DNA from: an uncultured Planctomycetia bacterium | GTDB lineage: Bacteria; Omnitrophota; Gorgyraeia; 2-02-FULL-51-18 | DNA length: 64,000 nucleotides | Direction of reading: 5' to 3' | NCBI GenBank assembly: GCA_964431835.1 | Contig: CAYSKO010000008.1 | Coordinates: forward strand, 26,622-90,621 | Part shown: positions 32,211 through 42,287 of the stretch, in pieces | Layout: each line of letters starts with the position of its first letter | How positions within the stretch are numbered: position 1 is the stretch's first letter | The notes under the pieces: generated by a model | Told to the model about the DNA's origin: nothing | The model's input: the letters and a program-made list of their open reading frames with translations, nothing else | Databases searched by the model: none | Program-made: the position numbers and the translations under genes

Positions 32211-33245
32211 ATGCGAGGGATCATGCCGATAGAGACTCAGCCAAAGAAGAATGCGCGCGCCGCCGTGACCGTGAACCATCACGCGGTGAAAGAGTTCATG
32301 ACGCATAACTACCGGCATTTCAACTCCGCCGTCGTTATCGACGCGTCCCAGGCGTACGTGGATCATCTCAAGGCCGGCAACAAGATGATGGTCACGCTGG
32401 CCGGCGCGATGAGCACGGCCGAGCTCGGCATCTCGCTTGCTCAGATGATCCGCGAGGACAAGGTGCACGCGATCACGTCCACCGGCGCGAACCTCGAAGA
32501 AGACATCTTCAATCTCGTCGCGCACGACCACTACAAGCGCGTCCCGCACTACCGCAACCTCACCGCCGCCGAGGAAGTCGAGCTCCGGAACGGCGGCTGG
32601 AACCGCGTCACCGACACCTGTATCCCCGAAGAAGAGGCTATGCGCCGCATCGAGCGCCAGGTCCTCAAGTTCTGGCAGAAAGCGGATAAGGAAAACCAGC
32701 GCTATTTCCCGTACGAATACATGTACCAGCTCCTGCGCAGCGGCACGATCAACGAGTCGTTCCAGATCGATCCCAAGGATTCGTGGGTCATGGCCGCCTG
32801 CGAGAAGAATATCCCGATCTGGACGCCGGGCTGGGAAGATTCGACTCTCGGAAACATCTTCGTCGCCAACGTCCAGAAGAAGGAAGTCTCGAAATTCTCC
32901 GTCGTGAAGCACGGCGTCGAGCTCATGGACGACCTCATCCACTGGTACAAGAAAAACACATCGTCCAAGTCGGTTGGTTTCTTCCAGATCGGCGGCGGCA
33001 TCGCCGGCGATTTCCCGATCTGCGTCGTGCCGCTCATCGAGCAGGACCTGAAGGAAAAGGTCCGTCTCTGGGGTTACTTCTGCCAGATCTCCGATTCGAC
33101 GACCTCCTACGGGTCGTACAGCGGCGCGGTCCCGAACGAGAAGATCACTTGGGGCAAGCTCGACGGCGACACGCCGCGTTTCGTGATCGAGTCCGACGCC
33201 TCGATCGTGGCGCCGCTCGTCTTCTCTTACGTCCTCGCTTCGTAA
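32211..33245 (+). CDS. Deoxyhypusine synthase-like protein (start may be 32223)
   Basis: TLAGAMSTAELG, TGANLEED, DSTLGN, IGGGIAGDF, GSYSGAVPNEKITWGK, ESDASIVAPL. Confidence 0.92.
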   Translation: MRGIMPIETQPKKNARAAVTVNHHAVKEFMTHNYRHFNSAVVIDASQAYVDHLKAGNKMMVTLAGAMSTAELGISLAQMIREDKVHAITSTGANLEEDIFNLVAHDHYKRVPHYRNLTAAEEVELRNGGWNRVTDTCIPEEEAMRRIERQVLKFWQKADKENQRYFPYEYMYQLLRSGTINESFQIDPKDSWVMAACEKNIPIWTPGWEDSTLGNIFVANVQKKEVSKFSVVKHGVELMDDLIHWYKKNTSSKSVGFFQIGGGIAGDFPICVVPLIEQDLKEKVRLWGYFCQISDSTTSYGSYSGAVPNEKITWGKLDGDTPRFVIESDASIVAPLVFSYVLAS

Positions 33246-33273
33246 AACCGGCCGCGGCCGGAGGGACTAGCCA

Positions 33274-34065
33274 TTGACTCCCGCCGCCGCGGTCGCCGCC
33301 GTTCCGCCGCCCTCCGAGCGCGCTTCGCGTAAGCGCCGCACGTCTCCCGATTTCCACGTCGAAACGCGTTTCGGGCTGATCTACGAAGACGACCACTACC
33401 TCGTTCTCGACAAGCCCGCTCCCTTGGCCGTCTATCCCGTGGGCTGCTACGCGGATTTAAATCTCCATTCGCTCGTGAAACGCGATTGGCGTTGGAAGGA
33501 CACCGACGTGCGTTTCGCGCACCGCTTGGACGCCGAGACGAGCGGCGTGATCCTCGCGGCCAAATCCCATGAGGCGGCGCGTTTCGCCGGGATCGAGTTC
33601 CTGAAGGGCCGCGTGAAGAAGATGTACCGCGCCGTGGTCTTCGGCGTTCCCATCGCGTCCGCCGGATTGATCGACGTTCCTCTCGGCTACGACCGCAGCT
33701 CCGGTTTTCAGGCGATTCGGGTCGCCGATCGAGCGGGGGAGCGCGCGGTGACTCGGTGGCGCCTCGTCTCATCGGACGGCGCCTATTCGGAGCTCGACGT
33801 CGAGCCCGTGACGGGCCGCACGCATCAGATCCGTGTGCACCTTTCCTTGATCGGCCACCCGATCGTCGGAGACAAGATCTACGTCGACCCGTCTCTTTTC
33901 CCGCGCTACGTGGAAAGCGGCATCGACGCGTACATCCTCTCCCGCATCAAGCTTCCGCGGCTGGCGCTGCACGCCAAGAGACTCGCGCTGTCGCATCCGG
34001 CGATGCGCGAGGAGGTCGTTTTCGAATCCCAGCCACCCGACTTTCTTTCGGAGATCCCGCGATGA
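33274..34065 (+). CDS. RluA-family pseudouridine synthase
   Basis: LVLDKP, HRLDAETSG, TGRTHQIRVHL, GHPIVGDKIY, LALHA. Confidence 0.93.
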   Translation: MTPAAAVAAVPPPSERASRKRRTSPDFHVETRFGLIYEDDHYLVLDKPAPLAVYPVGCYADLNLHSLVKRDWRWKDTDVRFAHRLDAETSGVILAAKSHEAARFAGIEFLKGRVKKMYRAVVFGVPIASAGLIDVPLGYDRSSGFQAIRVADRAGERAVTRWRLVSSDGAYSELDVEPVTGRTHQIRVHLSLIGHPIVGDKIYVDPSLFPRYVESGIDAYILSRIKLPRLALHAKRLALSHPAMREEVVFESQPPDFLSEIPR

Positions 34066-35084
34066 GACCGAGTCCGCAAGATTACGCCCGCTACCTGAAA
34101 GACCTCGCCTCCCTGATCAAGGAAGAAGCGCCGGAGCTGCCCGAGGACCAAGTCGCGCAGGAGATGCTCGTCAATATCGCGCGCGTGCGGGAGGAGCATT
34201 TCGACATGGGCGACATGCGGCTCCTAAACACGGCGTTTAAAGAGCTCCGCTACGCGCTCAAAGTGTTCAAACCCTACCGCGCGGTCCCGAAAGCGGCCGT
34301 GTTTGGCTCGGCGCGCACGCCGCAGGATCATCCGAACTTCAAGTTCGCGGCCGAGTACGGAAAGAAGCTCTCGAAGAAGGGGTGGATGATCATCACCGGC
34401 GGCGCGAGCGGCATCATGGAGGCCGCGATGGTCGGTGCTGGCGCCGAATCGAGCTTCGGCCTCAACATCCTGCTTCCGTTCGAACAGAGCGCGAACGCCG
34501 TCATCATGGGGAACCAGAAACTCGTCTTCTTCAAGTACTTCTTCACGCGCAAGCTTATGTTCTTGAAGGAATCGCACGCGACGGTCCTTTTCCCCGGCGG
34601 TTTCGGTACGTTCGACGAAGGATTCGAATCGTTCACGCTCGTCCAGACCGGAAAGGCGCGGCCTCGGCCGCTTCACCTCCTCGACGTTCCGGGAAGCGAG
34701 TTCTGGAGCTCGACCCTCGATCTTTTCCGGAAGAACCTGGGAGGGGACAAACTCGTGTCGCCCGCCGACTTTTCGCTGATCGAACATTTCCAGGACACCG
34801 ACCGCGCGATCGAGAGCCTGCTGCGCTTCTACGGCAACTACGATTCGTCCCGATTCCTTCGCGACCGCTACCTGATCCGTCTCCGGAGGCCCGTGACCGC
34901 GTCGCTCCTCGAGAAGCTCACTTCCGAATTCGGGGATATCTTGAGCCAAGGGGGCTTCGAACGGCTCCAGGACGCTTCAGAAGACGACGTGAAGGACCCC
35001 GCGCTCGAGCGGATTGTCTTTTATTTCGACAAGACGGGTTACGCCCGCCTCCGTCAGCTGATCGACCGCTTAAACGAGGTCTGA
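34062..35084 (+). CDS. LOG-family nucleotide monophosphate nucleosidase
   Basis: VFGSAR, ITGGASGIMEA, YFFTRK, PGGFGTFDE. Start placed at ATG 34062 (ATGA overlap with the upstream stop) rather than at 33756. Confidence 0.9.
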   Translation: MRPSPQDYARYLKDLASLIKEEAPELPEDQVAQEMLVNIARVREEHFDMGDMRLLNTAFKELRYALKVFKPYRAVPKAAVFGSARTPQDHPNFKFAAEYGKKLSKKGWMIITGGASGIMEAAMVGAGAESSFGLNILLPFEQSANAVIMGNQKLVFFKYFFTRKLMFLKESHATVLFPGGFGTFDEGFESFTLVQTGKARPRPLHLLDVPGSEFWSSTLDLFRKNLGGDKLVSPADFSLIEHFQDTDRAIESLLRFYGNYDSSRFLRDRYLIRLRRPVTASLLEKLTSEFGDILSQGGFERLQDASEDDVKDPALERIVFYFDKTGYARLRQLIDRLNEV

Positions 35085-35095
35085 CCCTCTCCGTC

Positions 35096-35124
35096 TTGAC
35101 GAAAAGGGCGGGTCCGGGTATCCT
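35096..35124 (+). promoter_or_regulatory. Sigma70-type promoter
   Basis: TTGACG, 17-bp spacer, TATCCT, upstream of the OmpA-LysM gene. Confidence 0.6.
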
Positions 35125-35194
35125 AAAAGGCTATAGGTCGCTCCGCCGGCCCTTACCGCAACTAAAAAAGATTCCCAAAAACGAAGGTGGTCTG

Positions 35195-36316
35195 ATGATG
35201 CGCACGCTGAAACACTCTCTTTTGGTCCTACCTCTCTTTCTCCTGACGTCAGCGGCCGCGTACGCGGATTCCGCCGAGACAGCGTCCGAAACGGCCTACG
35301 GCAACGAGGACCCTTCGGCGCTCGGCCAATTCCCGCGCGCGGAAGTTTCTGCGATGCCGGCGAACGCCTCTCTGCAGGCCGCCCAAGCCGCTCAGCTGGA
35401 CGCCCAGACTCCGCAATCCGACCCCGTGCAGCCCGCTCCGGCCCGTGCCGGGAAAGTGGCCTCCGCGGATGGTTCTGCTCAGCAGTTCCCGAAGGCGCGC
35501 ACGCAGGAAGAGGAAGACTTCGCCAAGAAATTCGCCTGGTGGCCGACCGACGCAAAGCCCGCGCCCGTCAAAGATCCGAACCGCAGCGGTTATTGGTGGT
35601 GGCCCGACGTTCCGGGCGAGGCACGTCCGTGGGGCAACCAAGGTTGGGTCTACGTCCGTAAGATCATCTTCGATTACAAGAGCTCCGACGGGGAGATGAA
35701 GCCTTCGCTCGTCATCAAGAAGGTTCTCCGCAACGTGAAGATCTTCTACGACTACAACAAGTCGGAGCTTCGCGAAGACGCGCGCCAGGTCCTCGACAAG
35801 GCGCTCTATACGCTCGAGAAGAACCAGAACACCGACATCCTCATCACGGGCAACGCCGACCAGCGCGGATCGAACGAATACAATCTCAAGCTCGGCGAAC
35901 GACGCGCAGACACGGTGAAGCAGTATCTGCTCGAGCAGGGCCTGCCCGAGGCGCGCATCCGCATTCTTTCCCGCGGAAAGCTCGACGCCATGGCGCCGAC
36001 GAACGATCTCGAGGGCATGCAGCTCGACCGCAACGCGCAGTTCATGATCGCAGAAGTCGAGGAAGTCATGATCCCGGCCTCGAAGGCGCATCTCTTCCAG
36101 GACAAGATCGTCGAAGAGAAGCAGGAGCTCCAGAGCGAGGTCCAGGTCGACGTGAAAGAATACACGATCCAGACCGGCGACTCGCTGTGGGCCATCGCCA
36201 AGCGCGAATACGGCGACGGCATGCAGTGGAAGCGCATCTACGAATTCAATAAAGACGTCATTTCCAACCCGGATCGCCCCAAAAAGGGCACGAAGATCCG
36301 CATCCCGATCGAGTAA
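35195..36316 (+). CDS. Exported OmpA C-like and LysM peptidoglycan-binding protein
   Basis: Signal peptide MMRTLKHSLLVLPLFLLTSAAAYA; ITGNADQRGSNEYNLKLGERRA (OmpA/Pal); YTIQTGDSLWAIAKREYG (LysM). Start re-assigned from 34382; AAGGTGG upstream. Confidence 0.9.
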   Translation: MMRTLKHSLLVLPLFLLTSAAAYADSAETASETAYGNEDPSALGQFPRAEVSAMPANASLQAAQAAQLDAQTPQSDPVQPAPARAGKVASADGSAQQFPKARTQEEEDFAKKFAWWPTDAKPAPVKDPNRSGYWWWPDVPGEARPWGNQGWVYVRKIIFDYKSSDGEMKPSLVIKKVLRNVKIFYDYNKSELREDARQVLDKALYTLEKNQNTDILITGNADQRGSNEYNLKLGERRADTVKQYLLEQGLPEARIRILSRGKLDAMAPTNDLEGMQLDRNAQFMIAEVEEVMIPASKAHLFQDKIVEEKQELQSEVQVDVKEYTIQTGDSLWAIAKREYGDGMQWKRIYEFNKDVISNPDRPKKGTKIRIPIE

Positions 36317-36344
36317 AAAGGTCCTAAAAGGAGAATAACGCGAA

Positions 36345-37046
36345 ATGGAACATAAGATCGTCACTTCGGGTTCGCGGGCGGTTTCGTCCGAATCCGACTT
36401 CATCTCGAAGGTCTACCTTTGGATGTCGTTGGGCCTGGCGGTCTCCGCCATCGCTTCGGCTTGGCTGCTCACTCAGCCGGCGTTGCTTAAGGCGATCTTC
36501 ACGAACGGCATCCTGCTCATCGGCATCGTGCTGGTCGAGCTCGGTCTCGTGTTCTGGTTGTCGGCGCGGGCGATGCATATGAGCCCGACCGCAGCGACCG
36601 GCGCGTTCCTCGGTTATTCGTTCCTAAACGGCATCACGCTCACCTCGATCTTCCTCGTGTACACGGGCGCGTCGATTCTGACGACGTTCGCGGTCGCGAC
36701 GGGGACGTTCTTCTTCTTCAGCGTTTACGGCCGGACCACCCAGAGGGACCTGACGAACGTCGGCGGCATCGCGATGATGGGCCTCATCGGCATCGTGATC
36801 GCGAGCCTCGTGAACCTGTTCCTCAAGTCGAGCGGGCTCATGTGGGCGACGACGTTCATCGGCATCGCGGTGTTCATGGCTCTCATCGCCTACGACACGC
36901 AGAAACTGAAGGAAATGTACGCTGCGGGGGCGCAAGACGCCGCTTCCGAGAAGAAGCTCGCGATCCTGGGCGCGCTCCGGTTGTACCTCGACTTCATCAA
37001 CCTTTTCCTTATGCTCCTCCGTATTTTCGGGAAGGGCAGAGATTAA
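36345..37046 (+). CDS. Bax inhibitor-1/YccA family membrane protein
   Basis: About seven hydrophobic segments; KVYLWM, AYDTQKLK, GALRLYLDFINLF. Confidence 0.93.
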   Translation: MEHKIVTSGSRAVSSESDFISKVYLWMSLGLAVSAIASAWLLTQPALLKAIFTNGILLIGIVLVELGLVFWLSARAMHMSPTAATGAFLGYSFLNGITLTSIFLVYTGASILTTFAVATGTFFFFSVYGRTTQRDLTNVGGIAMMGLIGIVIASLVNLFLKSSGLMWATTFIGIAVFMALIAYDTQKLKEMYAAGAQDAASEKKLAILGALRLYLDFINLFLMLLRIFGKGRD

Positions 37047-37067
37047 TTCGATTCGGACAACCGCTTA

Positions 37068-37105
37068 AGAGGGGAGCTGGGCGCTCAAGCGACCGGCTCC
37101 CCTTT
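37068..37105 (+). terminator. Intergenic hairpin, probable terminator
   Basis: AGGGGAGCTGG ... CCGGCTCCCCT followed by TT. Confidence 0.55.
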
Positions 37106-37126
37106 CGGTTATCCGGCGGACAAAGA

Positions 37127-38857
37127 ATGTCACTGACTTTAAAAAAGGTCGAACGCCCGCGCGAGCTCAAGTGGTACCAAGCGAGCTCGCTCTTGTACGG
37201 GGATTGGGGCACCTCGAAGGCGTACGTGCTGGGCCTCGCGTTTGCGATCTCGGGCCACGCCTCGATGTTCTTCCTGTTCGCGATGAGCGCCCTCACGGTG
37301 CTCATCGGTTACTGCTACACCATCCTCTGTAAGGCGTATCCGGACGGAGGAGGCGTTTACTCCGCCCTGCGCACGCGCTCACGCACGCTCGCCGTGGTGG
37401 GCGCGCTTCTTCTGGTGGCCGACTATGTCATCACCGCGTCTCTCTCGAGCCTAGCCGCCTTCCACTATCTCGGCTGGCCTCATCCCGAACTCTTCGCCAT
37501 CGTCGCGCTCTGCCTGATCGGGCTCGTAAACGTGGTCGGCCCCACGAAGAGCGGCAATGCCGCGGCGATCATCGCGGTGCCGGTGCTCATCATCCTTTCG
37601 ATCCTGTGCGCGGCGGTGCTCCCCAGCCTGCGCGACATGCAGGTCGCTTTGCCGCAGGGAGGCTTCTTCGAGAATTGGACCAAATTCACGGGAATCGTGC
37701 TCGCGCTCTCCGGCGTCGAGGCAATCGCCAACGTGACCGGCATCATGGTCGAACCGGTCAAGAAGACGGCCAAGAAAGCCATCGTCCCCGTGATGATCGA
37801 GGTCACGGTCGTCTCGCTTATCCTCGGCGCCGCGATGAACGCGATACCCGGCCTCGAGGGGCGCACCGAGGACATGATCCGAGCGATCGGCGAGTATTAC
37901 GTGGGAGACTGGTTCGGAAGCCTAATCGGCGCGGTCTTGAGCCTTCTTCTCATCTCGGCCGCGAACACCGCTATCATGGGCCTCATCAGCGTCCTCTTCC
38001 TCATGTCGAAGGATAAGGAGTTGCCGCCCGTTTTCAGCTCGCTGAATCGCTACGGAATGCCCTGGTTCAGCCTTTGGCTCGGCGTCGCGGTCCCGGCGTT
38101 CGTCCTCCTTCTCGAGCACGACCTTGAACGGCTGGCCGCGCTTTATGCGATCGGCGTCGTCGGCGCGATCGCGATCAACTTGGGCGCGTGCGCCACGAAC
38201 AAAGACGTCTCGGTGAAGCGCGCGGAGCGCTGGGTGCTTGGCTTTGCCGCCGTCATCATGGTGCTCGTCGAGCTCACGATCATCTACGAGAAGCACCACG
38301 CGGTGATATTTGCGACTTCCGTTCTCGTGATCGGCATGTCGGCCCGCGCGGCCGCCAAGTGGTTTGAGGCGCGGCGCGTGGTGGTCCCGGCGGTGCTGGG
38401 CGTGAACGTACTGACTCTCGAGGAGGCACGCGACCTCATGCCGCTTTACAAAGGTTCGACGCTCGTGGCGATCAAGGGCGTGAGCCCGTCGCTCATCGAG
38501 GAAGCCGTTCTCCACGCCAAGGGCAAGGAGGAAGAGGTGGTTTACACGCTCTTCGTCGAGGAGAAGCCCCCGGGATGGGCGTACCCGACCGAAGTCGAGC
38601 CGTCGGACGAAGCGGTGCGTGTCCTCAACGAAGCCAACGAAGCGTTCCAGAAGCGAGGCATCACCGCTGTGCCTCTCTGGAATCTGGGGGAGGACCCGGG
38701 TGGGCTCATCGTCAAGACCGCCCGCGAACTCAATCTCGACACCGTCATGATCGGCGCCACCAAGCGAGGCGCCCTCGAGCGCCTGATGCGCGGCGAAGTG
38801 CTGAAGAGAATTTCGGAACAACTTCCGAGCGACAAACACCTGGTGATCTGCAACTAA
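37127..38857 (+). CDS. APC-superfamily transporter with C-terminal universal stress protein (USP)-like domain
   Basis: [27 protein letters not shown] and many transmembrane segments; C-terminal [22 protein letters not shown]. Start re-assigned to ATG 37127. Confidence 0.85.
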   Translation: MSLTLKKVERPRELKWYQASSLLYGDWGTSKAYVLGLAFAISGHASMFFLFAMSALTVLIGYCYTILCKAYPDGGGVYSALRTRSRTLAVVGALLLVADYVITASLSSLAAFHYLGWPHPELFAIVALCLIGLVNVVGPTKSGNAAAIIAVPVLIILSILCAAVLPSLRDMQVALPQGGFFENWTKFTGIVLALSGVEAIANVTGIMVEPVKKTAKKAIVPVMIEVTVVSLILGAAMNAIPGLEGRTEDMIRAIGEYYVGDWFGSLIGAVLSLLLISAANTAIMGLISVLFLMSKDKELPPVFSSLNRYGMPWFSLWLGVAVPAFVLLLEHDLERLAALYAIGVVGAIAINLGACATNKDVSVKRAERWVLGFAAVIMVLVELTIIYEKHHAVIFATSVLVIGMSARAAAKWFEARRVVVPAVLGVNVLTLEEARDLMPLYKGSTLVAIKGVSPSLIEEAVLHAKGKEEEVVYTLFVEEKPPGWAYPTEVEPSDEAVRVLNEANEAFQKRGITAVPLWNLGEDPGGLIVKTARELNLDTVMIGATKRGALERLMRGEVLKRISEQLPSDKHLVICN

Positions 38858-38867
38858 GGAGTCCCGA

Positions 38868-39494
38868 ATGCCTTTCCTCGTTCTCGTACGTCACGGCGAA
38901 TCGCAGTGGAATCTGGAAAACCGCTTTACGGGATGGGTCGACGTGCCGCTGTCGCCGAAGGGCGAAGGCGAGGCGACCGCGGCGGGAGAACGCCTCAAAA
39001 AGACCGGAATCAAATTCGACCAGGCGTATACCTCGAACCTTCAGCGCGCGCAGAACACGCTGAAGAGCATCCTGGCTGTCCTCGGGCAAGAAAGCCTCCC
39101 CGTCGTGAGGGACCAGGCCCTCAACGAGCGCCATTACGGCGACCTGCAGGGCCTCGACAAAGCAGAAACCGCGAAGAAGTACGGCGACGACCAAGTGAAG
39201 ATCTGGCGACGCTCCTACGACGTGCCGCCACCGAACGGGGAGAGCCTGAAGGACACGGCCGCCCGCACGCTGCCTTATTTCGAATCCGCGATCGTCGCCG
39301 ATCTGAAGGCGGGGAAGAACGTCATCGTCGCCGCCCATGGAAACAGCCTGCGCTCGATCGTCATGCACCTGGATAAGCTCACGAAAGAGCAGGTGCTCGA
39401 ACTCAACCTTGGAACCGCCGTTCCGCTCGTGTACGAACTGGATTCGAACCTCCGGATCGTCTCAAAAAAGGAGCTGGCGGCCGCGAAGGCCTGA
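38868..39494 (+). CDS. gpmA: 2,3-bisphosphoglycerate-dependent phosphoglycerate mutase
   Basis: [45 protein letters not shown]. Confidence 0.96.
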   Translation: MPFLVLVRHGESQWNLENRFTGWVDVPLSPKGEGEATAAGERLKKTGIKFDQAYTSNLQRAQNTLKSILAVLGQESLPVVRDQALNERHYGDLQGLDKAETAKKYGDDQVKIWRRSYDVPPPNGESLKDTAARTLPYFESAIVADLKAGKNVIVAAHGNSLRSIVMHLDKLTKEQVLELNLGTAVPLVYELDSNLRIVSKKELAAAKA

Positions 39495-39512
39495 ACTTAA
39501 AGCTGTTAATAA

Positions 39513-39542
39513 TTGACGAAGATATTCATCTTCTGATAAAGT
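39513..39542 (+). promoter_or_regulatory. Possible sigma70 promoter with a palindrome in the spacer
   Basis: TTGACG (39513), extended -10 TGaTAAAGT (39534-39542); GAAGAT-attc-ATCTTC inverted repeat at 39518-39533. Confidence 0.4.
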
Positions 39543-39579
39543 CGTTCCAAACGGGGACGACCCAGAAACGGAGGCAAGC

Positions 39580-40257
39580 GTGGACTGGCATACGACGATC
39601 GTGGATCCGGTAGAGGGAGTTTGGGCGAGGTCGCTGGCTTTCCTGCCGACGCTCATCATCGTCATTCTGATCCTCATCATCGGCTGGATGTTCGCCGCAT
39701 TCGCTCAGAAGGTGATCACGCGTTTCCTCAAGCTCGCGCGGCTCGACACCGTCAGCGAGAAGATCGGCATCTCCAATATCCTCACGAAGGGCGACATCAA
39801 CTACACGCTCTCCGAGATCATCGGCGTGCTCGTGTACTGGCTCCTCATGCTGATCGTGTTCCTCGCCGCAGTCAACGCGCTTCACCTGGACGTCGCGGCG
39901 CAGCTCCTCAACCAAGTCATTCTCTACATCCCGAGGGTGATCGCCGCCGTCTTCATCCTCGTTCTTGGCATTTTCTTTGCGAGCGTCGTAGCGAACACGG
40001 TGCGCACCGCCGCCGCCAACGCGGGCCTCTCGCAGGCGCGGAGCCTCGCGCAGTTCGCGCAGGTCGTGATCGTGATCTTCTCGATCATCGAGGCACTCAA
40101 GCAGCTTCACATCGACACGACGCTCTTCGACATGCTCGTGAAGGCTGTCCTCTTCGCGGTCGCGCTCGGTGTGGGCCTGGCGATCGGGCTTGGCTGCAAG
40201 GACATCGCCCAGCGGCACGTCCAGCAGCTGATCGACGGCTTCAAGCCCCGCAAGTGA
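39580..40257 (+). CDS. CmpX-like / MscS-related conserved TM-helix repeat membrane protein
   Basis: Two copies of the F/Y-L/I-P-x-L/V-I ... I-L-I/V-I/L-G helix motif; C-terminal ALGVGLAIGLGCKD. Confidence 0.75.
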   Translation: MDWHTTIVDPVEGVWARSLAFLPTLIIVILILIIGWMFAAFAQKVITRFLKLARLDTVSEKIGISNILTKGDINYTLSEIIGVLVYWLLMLIVFLAAVNALHLDVAAQLLNQVILYIPRVIAAVFILVLGIFFASVVANTVRTAAANAGLSQARSLAQFAQVVIVIFSIIEALKQLHIDTTLFDMLVKAVLFAVALGVGLAIGLGCKDIAQRHVQQLIDGFKPRK

Positions 40258-40263
40258 GATGAA

Positions 40264-40821
40264 TTGAAGAAAAGCGCCGCCGTCTCCGCGCTTCTCGTCG
40301 CGCTGGCGCTCGCCGGCTGCTCTTCGTACGGTCCCGAAGAGCTCGACCGGCTTACGAAGGAGGACCCCGAGTTCAAGCAGATGATCGCCGCGCGCGACCG
40401 CATGAACACGCAGATCCGCCTCATCAAGGACGACCTCCTGAAACGTAAGCAGGCCGCGAACGCTGAAATCGCCCGGCGGCGTGCCGAATACGACACGTTC
40501 GCCCGCGCCGAGTCGATCAAGATCGAGAAGTACCGTGCGGTCATCGACGCGCACCGGAACGAGCTGAAGCGCGAGGTCGAAACGTCGGCCGCGCGGCTCG
40601 AGGCCAAGGAAGCGGAGCTTGACCGCCTGAAGAAGTCCCGTGAGGAAGTCGAGAAGGTCCTCTCGCAGTCCGGTGAAATCGCCCTTTCGAAGCCTGAGCG
40701 CGAAAAATGGGAGGAACGCCGTCTCCTTATCTCCGAGAAGATCCGTCCTCTCGAGGACGAGATTGCCGAAACGAAGGCGGCTATCCGCCTCAACAAGCGC
40801 AAGATAAGTTTTCTCCGCTAA
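40264..40821 (+). CDS. Coiled-coil lipoprotein, unknown function
   Basis: Lipobox LAGC after a hydrophobic leader; E/K/R-rich helical body. Confidence 0.75.
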   Translation: MKKSAAVSALLVALALAGCSSYGPEELDRLTKEDPEFKQMIAARDRMNTQIRLIKDDLLKRKQAANAEIARRRAEYDTFARAESIKIEKYRAVIDAHRNELKREVETSAARLEAKEAELDRLKKSREEVEKVLSQSGEIALSKPEREKWEERRLLISEKIRPLEDEIAETKAAIRLNKRKISFLR

Positions 40822-40832
40822 AAAAGAGCCCC

Positions 40833-42287
40833 TTGCCCGCACGGTCACCGTCCGCCGTTTTTTTTCGAAACCTCGATCCCCGCACGGACCCGTTCCGCGC
40901 TTTTCGCGCGCTGAAGGGGAAGGGGCCGGGGGCGCTTCTCGAGAGCGCCCGCGCTTCGCAGCGTTCGGGCCGCTGGTCGTTCGCGGCGGGCCGTCCGACG
41001 CGCATCCTGCGCGCGAAGGGCCGGCGCGTGGAGCTTCGCGGCCCCGGCGGTAGGCGCGTCTGGACGGGCGATCCGTTCGACGCACTCGCGCGCGAACTCG
41101 GCGGGCCGTGCGAAATTCCTCCTGGGGCCCCGCCTTTCTTCGGCGGTGCGATCGGAGTCGTGGGCTACGAAGCGAAGAATCTCCTTGAGCCGCACCTCCC
41201 TCAGACGGCGGCGGACGACCTGGGCCTACCCGACCTCTGCTTTCTTTTTTTTGACGAGGGGGTCGCCTTCGACGCAGCGGCCGGGCGCGCGACCGCCTTC
41301 CGTGTCGAGCGCGGCGGATCGGCCCGGACGGCCGGGAAACGGCTGGACGCCATCCAGCGCGTCCTCCGCGCGCCGCTCGCGGAGCCCGTTCTACCGCGCA
41401 CTCCCTCGACGGCAAGCGTGCGCCGCTCGACGCCGCGTGAGGCGTTTCTCGACTCCGTGAAGCGCGCCAAGCGCCATATCCGCGCCGGCGACGTGTTCCA
41501 GGTGAATCTTTCTCAGCGCCTCGACTTTCCGCTCGCCGGCGACGGACTTTCGACTTACGCGCGGCTCCGGAAACTCAATCCCTCGTCTTTTTTTGGTTTC
41601 TTCGACGCGGGCGATTTCCGGCTCGTCTCGGGTTCTCCTGAGCGGCTCGCGCGGCTCGACGGTGGCACTCTCGAGACGCGTCCGATCGCCGGCACGCGCC
41701 CGCGCGGCGAGACCGCCGCCGCGGACTCGGCTCTCACGAGGGAGCTTCTGCTCAGCCCCAAAGAACGCGCCGAGCACGTGATGCTGGTTGATCTCGAGCG
41801 GAACGATTTGGGACGCGTCTGCGAGTACGGTTCGGTCGCGGTGGACGAGCTCATGACACTCGAAGAGTACTCGCACGTGAAACACATCGTTTCGAACGTG
41901 AGCGGAACGCTCCGCCGCGGCTACGGTCCCGTCGATGCTTTGAAAGCGGTGTTCCCGGGCGGGACGATCACGGGCGCACCGAAAGTGCGCTGCATGGAAA
42001 TCATCGACGCGCTCGAGCCGGTCGCGCGCGGAGCTTACACCGGATCGCTCGGATACGTCTCGTACTCAGGTTCCATGGATTTCAATATCATCATCCGCAG
42101 CCTCGTGCTGAAAGCCGGAAGGGCGTACCTTCAGGCCGGCGCGGGGATCGTCGCGGATTCCGTCCCCGAAAGGGAGCATGACGAAACACTTTATAAGGCA
42201 GAGGCCGTTCTCAGTGCCGTCTTCGGCGCCGTCGGGGCACGCGGAATTCTCCGCCGCCTCGGAGCTCGACGCCGCGCATCTCGATAG
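40833..42287 (+). CDS. Chorismate-binding enzyme (aminodeoxychorismate synthase component I / anthranilate synthase I family)
   Basis: LLESA, GDVFQVNLSQR, SPER, PIAGTRPRG, KERAEHVMLVDLERNDLG, FPGGTITGAPK. Adjacency to a class IV aminotransferase favours PabB. Start uncertain (TTG 40833). Confidence 0.88.
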   Translation: MPARSPSAVFFRNLDPRTDPFRAFRALKGKGPGALLESARASQRSGRWSFAAGRPTRILRAKGRRVELRGPGGRRVWTGDPFDALARELGGPCEIPPGAPPFFGGAIGVVGYEAKNLLEPHLPQTAADDLGLPDLCFLFFDEGVAFDAAAGRATAFRVERGGSARTAGKRLDAIQRVLRAPLAEPVLPRTPSTASVRRSTPREAFLDSVKRAKRHIRAGDVFQVNLSQRLDFPLAGDGLSTYARLRKLNPSSFFGFFDAGDFRLVSGSPERLARLDGGTLETRPIAGTRPRGETAAADSALTRELLLSPKERAEHVMLVDLERNDLGRVCEYGSVAVDELMTLEEYSHVKHIVSNVSGTLRRGYGPVDALKAVFPGGTITGAPKVRCMEIIDALEPVARGAYTGSLGYVSYSGSMDFNIIIRSLVLKAGRAYLQAGAGIVADSVPEREHDETLYKAEAVLSAVFGAVGARGILRRLGARRRASR

